A program made the translations under genes and the position numbers. Under the pieces are notes generated by a model. That model was not told the origin of the DNA. It did not search any database and saw nothing but the letters and a program-made list of their open reading frames with translations. Shown one piece after another: positions 7,084-14,797 of a stretch of DNA of 64,000 nt (position 1 is the stretch's first letter; each line of letters starts with the position of its first letter). Location of the stretch: the IMG/VR virus record IMGVR_UViG_3300045988_082442, positions 1 to 64,000 of that record; one strand, 5' to 3'. The stretch comes from a virus.

Positions 7084-8985
7084 ATGAAAATATGTAAATT
7101 ATGTGGAAAAGAATTTGAACCAAAAGTATATAATGCTACAATATGCTATGATAGGCATGATATTCCTTGTAGAATATGTGGGAACCTAGTAAATATAGAT
7201 GGACCTACGAACAAGGCTAAAAGAAAGATGTATTTAGAAAGAGGATATGTATATTGTTCTCATAACTGTGGTTGCATAGGTGCTGGGCAGGATAAATGGG
7301 ATAATGCAAATGCAAAAGTAGATATGGATAGATTAAAGTATTTAAGAACTCAAACTTCAATGTTTGATATTGATATTGCTAAAGAACTAAATACTACTGT
7401 TGACTTTGTTATTAGTAGATGTGAAAGATATGGCTGGAATAGACCAGAAGAACTAAAGAAAGAACTTCAAGAGAATAAAAACAACATAGTATCTGACATT
7501 ATGACAGAGAAATATAAAGATGAAGAAGTTAAGAATGAAATGCTACAGAAAGCCAGTGATACATATAAAGAAAGAACTGGATTTGAACATAACTTTAAAA
7601 ACCCAGAGGAAGTAGCAAAATATGTTGAAATAAAAAGAGAGAAATATGGTACTGCTTGTAACTCAGAAAAAGGGCTACAAACAAGATTAGAGAAGAATAA
7701 TGGTGTTTTCTGGACGGAAGAACAATTAGAGAAATCAAAAGAAACAAAGATTAAAAGATATAACAATGCTAATTTTAACAATAGGGAAAAATCTAAAAAG
7801 ACAATGATTGAGAAATATGGTGATACTGTTCATTCTAATAAGATTAAAGATACTTGGAATAGTAAGACTTTTGATGAAAAACATAAAATAGTATTAAAAC
7901 AACAAAAAACAAATATGGATAGATATGGTGTTAAAAATTCTCTTAGTAGAAGTGATATTCGTGAAAGGATAAAACAAACAAATATTAAGAAATATGGTGT
8001 TGATAATCTATTTAAGTCACCAGAAGTACAAGAGAGGATAAAGCAGACTAATTTAGAGAAATATGGAACAATGTATCCAGTAACATTATTCTCTTATCTA
8101 AATAATAAGACTATATCTAAAATAAATAAAAGATTTTATGACAAGTTATTAGAATTAGGCTGTAATGCTGAGCTTGAGAAATCAATAGGAAATAAAGCTT
8201 ATGATATTTGTGTAGATAAAACTTTAATAGAAATAAATCCAACATACACTCATAATAGTACAGTTGGACCATTTATATGGGGAAGTAAACGAGAACCTAA
8301 ATCTACTACTTATCATCTTGAAAAGACACAGACTGCCTTAGCAAATGGTTATAGTTGTATTCATGTATGGGATTGGGATGATTACGATAAGATTATAAAT
8401 CATTTTAAACCTAAAAAGACACTATATGCTAGAAATTTAGAAGTTAGAATTGTTCCTAATGATGTAAGCAGAAAGTTCTTAAATGATTATCATTTCCAAG
8501 GTAGTTGTAATAATCAACAAATTAAACTTGGGTTATATAAAGATGACGACCTAATTCAAATGATGACTTTTGGTAAGCCAAGATATAATAAACATTTTGA
8601 ATATGAACTATTAAGATTATGTACTAATGAAGATTATATTGTAGTAGGTGGTGCTAATAAGTTGTTTAAATACTTTATAGATAACTATAATCCTGCAAGT
8701 ATTATCAGCTATTGTGATTTGTCTAAATTTAATGGAAGCGTTTATACTAATCTAGGTTTTGATTTACAGTCAACATCTGCACCAACTAGACATTGGTTTA
8801 ATATAAATACTGGTAGACATATTACTGAAAATTTATTAAACCAAAGAGGCTTCTCTCAATTACATGGAGATAATGATTATAAACTTTATAAGAAAGGTGA
8901 CTCAAATGAACAGCTCATGCTAGAAAATGGTTACTATGAAGTGTATGATTGTGGACAGGCAAGTTATGTTTGGAAAAAGAAGTAA
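7084..8985 (+). CDS. putative free-standing homing endonuclease, paralogue of 1979..3583
   Basis: ATG 7084 preceded by GAGGGGG; the track extension from 7000 runs through the promoter. About 8 K-Y-G repeats (REKYGTAC, IEKYGDTV, MDRYGVKN, IKKYGVDN, LEKYGTMY). Core YDICVDKTLIEINPTYTHN..YSCIHVWDWDD. Shared C-terminal domain VVGGANKLFKYFIDNYNP. Confidence 0.6.
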   Translation: MKICKLCGKEFEPKVYNATICYDRHDIPCRICGNLVNIDGPTNKAKRKMYLERGYVYCSHNCGCIGAGQDKWDNANAKVDMDRLKYLRTQTSMFDIDIAKELNTTVDFVISRCERYGWNRPEELKKELQENKNNIVSDIMTEKYKDEEVKNEMLQKASDTYKERTGFEHNFKNPEEVAKYVEIKREKYGTACNSEKGLQTRLEKNNGVFWTEEQLEKSKETKIKRYNNANFNNREKSKKTMIEKYGDTVHSNKIKDTWNSKTFDEKHKIVLKQQKTNMDRYGVKNSLSRSDIRERIKQTNIKKYGVDNLFKSPEVQERIKQTNLEKYGTMYPVTLFSYLNNKTISKINKRFYDKLLELGCNAELEKSIGNKAYDICVDKTLIEINPTYTHNSTVGPFIWGSKREPKSTTYHLEKTQTALANGYSCIHVWDWDDYDKIINHFKPKKTLYARNLEVRIVPNDVSRKFLNDYHFQGSCNNQQIKLGLYKDDDLIQMMTFGKPRYNKHFEYELLRLCTNEDYIVVGGANKLFKYFIDNYNPASIISYCDLSKFNGSVYTNLGFDLQSTSAPTRHWFNINTGRHITENLLNQRGFSQLHGDNDYKLYKKGDSNEQLMLENGYYEVYDCGQASYVWKKK

Positions 8986-9009
8986 AATATCTTTACTTCT
9001 TTTATTTTT
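8978..9009 (+). terminator. rho-independent terminator
   Basis: AGAAGTAAA (8978-8986) / TTTACTTCT (8992-9000), then TTTATTTTT. Confidence 0.7.
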
Positions 9010-9021
9010 GTTTAAAAATGC

Positions 9022-9050
9022 TTGACAAAATTTAAAACTTATAGTATGAT
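9022..9050 (+). promoter_or_regulatory. class-1 early promoter TTGACA-17-TATGAT with conserved spacer AAATTTAAAACTTATAG
   Basis: TTGACA 9022-9027 and TATGAT 9045-9050. Part of the repeated about 27-nt element AAATGCTTGACAAAATTTAAAACTTAT. Confidence 0.75.
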
Positions 9051-9081
9051 GTATCTATAATAAGAAATGGGGGTAAATTTT

Positions 9082-9489
9082 ATGGAAGATTTTAAAATAG
9101 TAGAATGGGGAAAACAAATTAAGGATTTTAATCCAAATTACAGAAAGCCAGATAGTTACTGGTGTAGTTATAAAGCACTTGATAATAATTTTAGAGAATA
9201 CATTGATTGTAGATTTTATGCAACAAAAGGTGGAACAGTTTATTGTTGTATCTGGGTATATTGTGGAATAGATAGCAAAACTAATGTATCTGGTTTCTCA
9301 GCATCTGGTAAAGCTGGTGGCTGGGGTTATGATAAGAAGTCAGCTGCATTACAGGAAGCTTTAACTAATGCTGGTATAAAATTAAATCATAATATATGGG
9401 GAACTGGTGAGATTAAAAGACCATTAGAGGCTATTGCTAAATATATCAGTGGAAAAAGGTCAATACACATAATTGAAAGTTATGGGTAA
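9082..9489 (+). CDS. hypothetical early protein
   Basis: ATG 9082 with GGGGG at 9069-9073 is preferred over ATG 9067, which lies too close to the predicted transcription start. No family recognised. Confidence 0.6.
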   Translation: MEDFKIVEWGKQIKDFNPNYRKPDSYWCSYKALDNNFREYIDCRFYATKGGTVYCCIWVYCGIDSKTNVSGFSASGKAGGWGYDKKSAALQEALTNAGIKLNHNIWGTGEIKRPLEAIAKYISGKRSIHIIESYG

Positions 9490-9492
9490 GAA

Positions 9493-9524
9493 AAAGAAGC
9501 TTGGGAAAGCTTCTTTTATTTTTA
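9493..9524 (+). terminator. rho-independent terminator
   Basis: AAAGAAGCTT (9493-9502) / AAGCTTCTTT (9507-9516), loop GGGA, T-rich tail. Confidence 0.75.
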
Positions 9525-9564
9525 TAAACAAAGTAAGTATTAGACATAACCCTAATACTTTAAT

Positions 9565-9592
9565 GGGTATCTATATTATATTATAGATACCC
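9565..9592. terminator. hairpin between convergent genes (11-bp perfect stem)
   Basis: GGGTATCTATA (9565-9575) / TATAGATACCC (9582-9592). A second 9-bp hairpin sits at 9535-9560. Confidence 0.55.
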
Positions 9593-9609
9593 TAAAATGT
9601 CAACAATTA

Positions 9610-9822
9610 TTAATTATTTTCATTAGTTTCTTCGTTTTCTTGATTACACATATTTAGTAATACTTTTACATCCCAATAGATACTATCTAGCTTCTCATTA
9701 AGATAACATTTATATGAATGTTCTTTATTTAATTCAGTCATTACAGCATTCATTTTATCTTGAATATTATAAGCTGCAGACAACCCAGTTTTCTTTTGAG
9801 TTTCGTTTAGATATTCTAACAT
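9610..9822 (-). CDS. hypothetical early protein
   Basis: 70-aa ORF, third gene of a minus-strand early operon. Confidence 0.55.
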   Translation of the reverse strand: MLEYLNETQKKTGLSAAYNIQDKMNAVMTELNKEHSYKCYLNEKLDSIYWDVKVLLNMCNQENEETNENN

Positions 9823-9824
9823 AT

Positions 9825-10220
9825 TTATTCACCTCTATCTATGACATCTTTTATTATTTCTGCTAATGCCTTTGAAGAATGTATTATATATTCTAATCCC
9901 TCAGAATGGCACTCTTCCCAAATTACACTATAGATAATATCTGTTTGTGAACCATTAAATCCATAATCAGTACTTAATGCTGATTTTAAGTCCTCTCTAA
10001 ACTCAGCTGCTTTATTATTAGTTGCCTTATGATATTCTGTTAATTTCTTAGAATACTCCCCTGCTAACTCGGCTTGATGCTCTCTATTCCATTTTACTGT
10101 TTTATTCTCGTCATATACATATCCTTCCTTTTTATAACCCTCTGGTCTTTTTGGATACTCTATATCTACTTTATATCCATCATTTATCATTTTTTGCTCT
10201 AATTTGTCAAAATTTATCAT
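9825..10220 (-). CDS. hypothetical early protein
   Basis: 131-aa ORF, tightly spaced within the operon. Confidence 0.6.
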   Translation of the reverse strand: MINFDKLEQKMINDGYKVDIEYPKRPEGYKKEGYVYDENKTVKWNREHQAELAGEYSKKLTEYHKATNNKAAEFREDLKSALSTDYGFNGSQTDIIYSVIWEECHSEGLEYIIHSSKALAEIIKDVIDRGE

Positions 10221-10233
10221 AATTATACCTCCT

Positions 10234-10476
10234 CTAAATATTTAAAATTTGTTTTGCTTCATCATTATCTAATATATAGTATGCAATTACTGTTTCTATA
10301 TCATCATCTTTATAAGTATCAGATTCTATCTCAGCAATAAATATTTCTTTACCTTTATATATCCTTCTATAAATTGTTGCTGGTACTGTATTTAGTACAA
10401 CATAATAAAACCCTTTATCTACACTATTTATTATCATGTCTTTGGCTTCATCATCCAATAATCTAATAATCTTCAT
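10234..10476 (-). CDS. hypothetical early protein
   Basis: 80-aa ORF with AAGGA upstream. First gene after the class-1 promoter. Confidence 0.6.
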   Translation of the reverse strand: MKIIRLLDDEAKDMIINSVDKGFYYVVLNTVPATIYRRIYKGKEIFIAEIESDTYKDDDIETVIAYYILDNDEAKQILNI

Positions 10477-10517
10477 ACACTAAATTCCTTTCTATAAATA
10501 TTATTCTATCTGTAATT

Positions 10518-10546
10518 ATAATAGTATAAGTTTTAAAATTTGTCAA
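10518..10546 (-). promoter_or_regulatory. class-1 early promoter (minus strand) TTGACA-17-TATTAT
   Basis: TGTCAA on the plus strand at 10541-10546; -10 complement at 10518-10523. A weaker tandem copy lies at 10567-10595. Confidence 0.7.
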
Positions 10547-10628
10547 GCATTTTTAAAAATAATTTATATAAATTTTAAGTTTAGTCAAGCAGTAATATTA
10601 AAACTTCTAATTTTTGAATTATGACAAG

Positions 10629-10644
10629 TAAAATATTAATGAGG
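10629..10644 (+). promoter_or_regulatory. class-3 element TAAAATATTAATGAGG
   Basis: Exact 16-mer. Here it is followed by hairpins rather than directly by an RBS. Confidence 0.5.
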
Positions 10645-10680
10645 CAGGAAGACTGCCTACCCCCAATAAATATTGATAAA

Positions 10681-10745
10681 AGTTTAGATAAAAGTAAGAT
10701 ATACAATATCTAACAATACTTTAATCTAAACTTTTTATTTTTATA
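10681..10745 (+). terminator. long AT-rich hairpin plus T-run (attenuator, or 3' end of a short RNA)
   Basis: AGTTTAGAT (10681-10689) / ATCTAAACT (10724-10732), extended by AAAGTA/TACTTT and GATAT/ATATC, then TTTTTATTTTTAT. Confidence 0.45.
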
Positions 10746-10855
10746 TTTGGGATTTGCCTTCCTCTTATCTTCCAATATCGCTATTGGTAATCAGAAAGAG
10801 AGAATGAGTAGGAAGTCAGGCGACCTACAAATATTTTAAAAAGGAGGAATTTAAA

Positions 10856-11065
10856 ATGGCAAAAAGAGATTTTTCAGCAGTTACAACTGCTACAATCAAA
10901 AATGCTGGTAAAAAAGCTGTAGAGGTTAGATACTTCAAAGTTAATTTCCCAGAAGTTTTAGAGCCAGAAGATGAAATAGTTCTTACAGTAGCTAGTTCAG
11001 AAGAAGCAGCTTACTACAAAGCTCAAGAAAATGCTGAATTAGGTATAGTAGTAACTCTTGCTTAA
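10856..11065 (+). CDS. hypothetical small protein
   Basis: AAAGGAGG RBS. 69 aa. Confidence 0.65.
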   Translation: MAKRDFSAVTTATIKNAGKKAVEVRYFKVNFPEVLEPEDEIVLTVASSEEAAYYKAQENAELGIVVTLA

Positions 11066-11095
11066 TTTGGAAATGTTAGTTAGGAGGTATGTTAC

Positions 11096-11479
11096 ATGAA
11101 AGTAACAGTTAAAAACCCTAGCAACAAACCTATAAATATTTCTAAACTTGCACCACTTATGCCAGTAATGGTTTTAGGTGTAAATCAAGAAATTGTAGTA
11201 AATGTTAGGGATATTGATAGTGTTATGTCAAATGCTAAAGTAATTGGTGTAACTGTTACCCCAATGAACGGAGCCTTTGAAGTAACAGAAATTGTAGAAC
11301 CTGATATAGGTGAAACTGTTAGTGATGATGAGACACACCCAGATTCAAACGAGGTTGCCCCAGAAACGGTTAAAACTGAGGAAGATAATAAAGGTGTTGA
11401 TGAAAAGAAATCAAAGACTAGAAAGTCATCTAAGGTGAAAAAATCTACAAGAAAATCTATTTTTGGTAATAATAAATAA
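11096..11479 (+). CDS. hypothetical protein with Lys/Ser-rich basic tail
   Basis: TAGGAGG RBS. C-terminus KKSKTRKSSKVKKSTRKS. Confidence 0.65.
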   Translation: MKVTVKNPSNKPINISKLAPLMPVMVLGVNQEIVVNVRDIDSVMSNAKVIGVTVTPMNGAFEVTEIVEPDIGETVSDDETHPDSNEVAPETVKTEEDNKGVDEKKSKTRKSSKVKKSTRKSIFGNNK

Positions 11480-11568
11480 AATCATATATTATTACAAGTA
11501 TGGTTATAGGCTGATACCTACCTCTTCAGCCTATGACTATACAAATTTAAAGTTACGGAGGTAGTTAA

Positions 11569-12339
11569 ATGAATGAAGAAGAAATAAACAACTTACCTGA
11601 TTTGGATAGTGTGTTCAATGATAAAGATTTAGTTAAACCTAGAACCTACCCTCGTATGAGAAAAAGAACTAAACAAATTGTAAGATACATTGAGAAACAA
11701 CTTGGTGGGGATGTTCTAGAATTAGAACTAACACCAGAACAAATAAAGGAAATTGTTGATGGAGCATTTGATGAGCTAAAACATTATATATCAGATACAT
11801 ATACAGTTACTGTACCTTATGCAAAATGTATTGATTTAAAGAAATATAATATAGATGCAGTAGATAGAGTAACTAGAACTAATGATAGTATATTATCTGG
11901 AACATCTTATTTAGTACCTATTGCTATGTATCCAAATACATACTCAGGTATTTATGATGTACAAGATTATGCAAATGCTTTAATGGTAAAAAGAAACCTA
12001 AATATATTATCAACAGACATGGATTATCATTGGGATAAGCCAAACAGAAAATTATATGTAGTAGCAAATCCTCAAGTGCCTTCATTTGTAACAATTTCAT
12101 TTAAACCTGAAATGTATTCATGTGAAGACATTAGGGAACAATATTGGGAAACACAATTAAGAAAGTTAGCATTAGCAATGGCTAAAATTGTTATTGGTAG
12201 AATTAGAAGTAAATATACTCCTAATAATGCTACATTTGGACTTGATGGTGCAACCCTATTAGCAGAAGGTAATTCAGAATTACAAGCTGTTAGACAATAT
12301 CTTGATGACAATAGAGATAATTTTAAAGTATTAAATTAA
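11569..12339 (+). CDS. hypothetical protein (possible virion/neck component, by position only)
   Basis: 256-aa ORF with a GGAGG RBS, upstream of the sheath module. Confidence 0.5.
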   Translation: MNEEEINNLPDLDSVFNDKDLVKPRTYPRMRKRTKQIVRYIEKQLGGDVLELELTPEQIKEIVDGAFDELKHYISDTYTVTVPYAKCIDLKKYNIDAVDRVTRTNDSILSGTSYLVPIAMYPNTYSGIYDVQDYANALMVKRNLNILSTDMDYHWDKPNRKLYVVANPQVPSFVTISFKPEMYSCEDIREQYWETQLRKLALAMAKIVIGRIRSKYTPNNATFGLDGATLLAEGNSELQAVRQYLDDNRDNFKVLN

Positions 12340-12383
12340 ATACTTGTCAAAATTTAAAACTTATAAGGAGGGGTGATATTATA

Positions 12384-13040
12384 ATGGAATTTAGGGAAGC
12401 TTTATTAGCAGAAATGCAAAAATCTAAATCTAAATTAGTTGAAAACAGACAACTTAAAAAAGAATCTAAAATTGAAGAAGATACAGAAGAATATTTAGAA
12501 CCAAGATTTGATAGCAGAGCATCTTTCTATAAGAAAGCAAAAGTTGTTAAAAAAGATAATGGTGATGAAGAATTATATTCTTATGGAACACACGTTGGTG
12601 GAACTAGAAATGGTAAACCTTATTCAAAAGGAAAATGGTCACAAACAACTTCAAGACATCAAGCAGAATATTTTAGACAAAAGGGATATGACCCAAAAGA
12701 AGTAGAAGTTGAAGAAGGAAAGAAACTTCAAGAAAGAGATACAAGCAAAGAAGCAATTTTAGATAGTGTAAATAATAAAATAGTACCAGAATTAGAGTGG
12801 GTAGCAGAATTTGGAAAAGATGCTGGATTATATGGTTTAGCCGAACTTTGTGAAGAATATGCTAATACTTTAAGAAATACTAAAATTGAAGAATCTGATA
12901 AAGTAGATGCTGAGAAATTTGTAAAAGATACAGGAAGAATGAAGAAACTTGGACTATGGGATGGAAAAGATAATACTTATGCAGATGCTAAAAAGAAACT
13001 AGATAAAATTGACAAAGTAAATAAAGAACTTAACAAATAA
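12384..13040 (+). CDS. hypothetical charged protein
   Basis: 218-aa ORF with an AGGAGGGG RBS. Motif LYSYGTHVGG..WSQTTSRHQ, family not recognised. Confidence 0.6.
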   Translation: MEFREALLAEMQKSKSKLVENRQLKKESKIEEDTEEYLEPRFDSRASFYKKAKVVKKDNGDEELYSYGTHVGGTRNGKPYSKGKWSQTTSRHQAEYFRQKGYDPKEVEVEEGKKLQERDTSKEAILDSVNNKIVPELEWVAEFGKDAGLYGLAELCEEYANTLRNTKIEESDKVDAEKFVKDTGRMKKLGLWDGKDNTYADAKKKLDKIDKVNKELNK

Positions 13041-13058
13041 AGAGGGAGGAAATGTTAA

Positions 13059-14777
13059 ATGTTAAAGAAATCTAATAAAATATCATTAGAAGAAGCTACA
13101 AGATTAGCAATATTAGGAAAACTTCCATTAAATGAAAGTACAACAGTTACAACAACTGATGATAATATAACAATGGTTGAAACTGATGACGCCAACATTG
13201 TTATAGAACCAAAAGAAGATGCAGCAGTTGATGTTTGCCCAGATTGTGGAGCAACAGAAGTACCTGTTGAAGCACCTGTAGAAGAGCCAGTTATTAACGA
13301 GCCTATTGCAGATGATACAATAGCTGACGAACCAGTAGAGGAAATTCCTGCTGAAGAAATTCCAGCAGAAGATGACCTTGAAGAAAGTAAGAAAATTGAA
13401 GAAGGAGAAGCACCATTATTCAAAAAGAAAATCAATAAAACTGATATTAAAAAAGTTGAAAGTAAAGACAAAGGATTAAAGGAACATAAAGTAGCTTTCA
13501 AATCAAGTAATAAATTACAAGAAGGTGTATATGCTTATGAATATATAGGCACATTCAATGAATTGTATGAAACAAGTTGGGGTCAAGCAAAGAGAATTCT
13601 TGATGAAATTGCTGAAGCAGGAAAAGAAGAAGAACTTATGGACTATTTAGAGGAGTATGGTAGTGACCCAGAAAATGCAATAGACAGAACATCATTAAAT
13701 GACTTACTTGCTTATGACTGGGAAATAGTTTTTGAAGCATTAGGAATTAATGAAGATGAGGATGAAGATGAAGATGAAGACCTAGATGAGAGCAAGAAAG
13801 TTGAAAGTAAAGATGCTGAATTATTCAAGAAAAAAATCAACAAAACAGATATAAAGAAAGTTGAAAACGTTGAAAAAGATTTAGACTTAAAGAAAGCAAA
13901 GAAAGAAGAGCATAAACTTGCAGTAAAAGAAAATAGAATTAGAAAGAAAAAAGTTGAAACAATAGAAGCTACTGAAATTCATTATATAGATGATTTCATG
14001 GATTTAAGAGAGTTTTGCTGGGGAACTGCAGCACAACAAACACTAGATGAAGTTGAAAGATTAGGAAAAGAAGATGACTTAATCGCTTGGCTTGAAGATG
14101 TAACTGGTGGAGAAATTGATGCAACAGGTTTAAATGACATAGTTGCTTATGATGATACACTACCAGAAGATTTAGGTTTATTTGATTATGCTGATGAAGA
14201 AGAGGAAGATTTAGATGAAAGCAAAAAAGTTGAATCTAAATTACAAGAAGGAGAAGCTCCTTTATTCAAAAAGAAAATCAACAAAACAGACATCAAAAAG
14301 GTAGAGAATAAGAAAGTTGAAGAAGACTGTGTTTGCAAAGAAACAGGAAAAACAATTAAAGAAGATAAAAAAGAAGAAGCTCCAAAAAGACATATAATCA
14401 ATAAAGTTGATTTAAGAAAAACTGAAAGTATAACAGTTGAAAAAGAAGCTCAAAAAGACACAAAAGAAGCTTCAAAAGACATTGAAGACCATCTTAAAAC
14501 AAAAGTTGCAGAAGGTTTAACAAAATTTGTAAAAGAAGCTTATACAAATGGAAAAGAAGTTAAGGTTGAGAAAATTCTTAAATTGACAGAAAATAAATTA
14601 TATGTAAAAGGAAGTTTAGTAATGGAAAACTCTACAAGAGATTTCAGTTGCAAACTTATTCCAGTAATGGAAAATAAATCATTTAGAAAGTACACAATCA
14701 AAGAGAACAAACTATTAAAAATAACAGAAGGTAAAACATCAAAAGGAAAAGAGTTTAATCTTATAGTTAAAAAATAA
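13059..14777 (+). CDS. highly acidic modular repeat protein (572 aa)
   Basis: Three copies of (E/D)ESKK(I/V)E...LFKKKINKTDIKKVE. Two copies of a module of roughly 70-80 aa (..WGQAKRILDEIAEAGKEEELMDYLEEY..LNDLLAYD / ..WGTAAQQTLDEVERLGKEDDLIAWLEDV..LNDIVAYD). Confidence 0.7.
   Translation: MLKKSNKISLEEATRLAILGKLPLNESTTVTTTDDNITMVETDDANIVIEPKEDAAVDVCPDCGATEVPVEAPVEEPVINEPIADDTIADEPVEEIPAEEIPAEDDLEESKKIEEGEAPLFKKKINKTDIKKVESKDKGLKEHKVAFKSSNKLQEGVYAYEYIGTFNELYETSWGQAKRILDEIAEAGKEEELMDYLEEYGSDPENAIDRTSLNDLLAYDWEIVFEALGINEDEDEDEDEDLDESKKVESKDAELFKKKINKTDIKKVENVEKDLDLKKAKKEEHKLAVKENRIRKKKVETIEATEIHYIDDFMDLREFCWGTAAQQTLDEVERLGKEDDLIAWLEDVTGGEIDATGLNDIVAYDDTLPEDLGLFDYADEEEEDLDESKKVESKLQEGEAPLFKKKINKTDIKKVENKKVEEDCVCKETGKTIKEDKKEEAPKRHIINKVDLRKTESITVEKEAQKDTKEASKDIEDHLKTKVAEGLTKFVKEAYTNGKEVKVEKILKLTENKLYVKGSLVMENSTRDFSCKLIPVMENKSFRKYTIKENKLLKITEGKTSKGKEFNLIVKK
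13417..14307 (+). repeat. three dispersed in-frame copies of about 45 nt, TTATTCAA(A/G)AA(G/A)AAAATCAA(T/C)AAAAC(T/A)GA(T/C)AT...
   Basis: Copies at about 13417-13460, 13821-13865 and 14263-14307, all inside CDS 13059..14777. Confidence 0.7.
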
Positions 14778-14797
14778 GGAAAAGGAGGAAATTAAGA

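Noticed and set aside
12508-12705. Same-strand alternative-frame ORFs (12508..12705 inside 12384..13040; 16877..17125 inside the tube gene).
   Set aside because: They have no RBS, are fully nested in better-supported genes, and have low-complexity translations.
13055-13501. 148-aa Ser-rich ORF on the minus strand.
   Set aside because: It is the antisense shadow of the GAA/GAT/GAAG-rich acidic gene 13059..14777. It has no RBS and its low-complexity composition is dictated by the sense strand. The same reasoning applies to 14186..14401, 15196..15504, 12072..12311 and 16305..16499.
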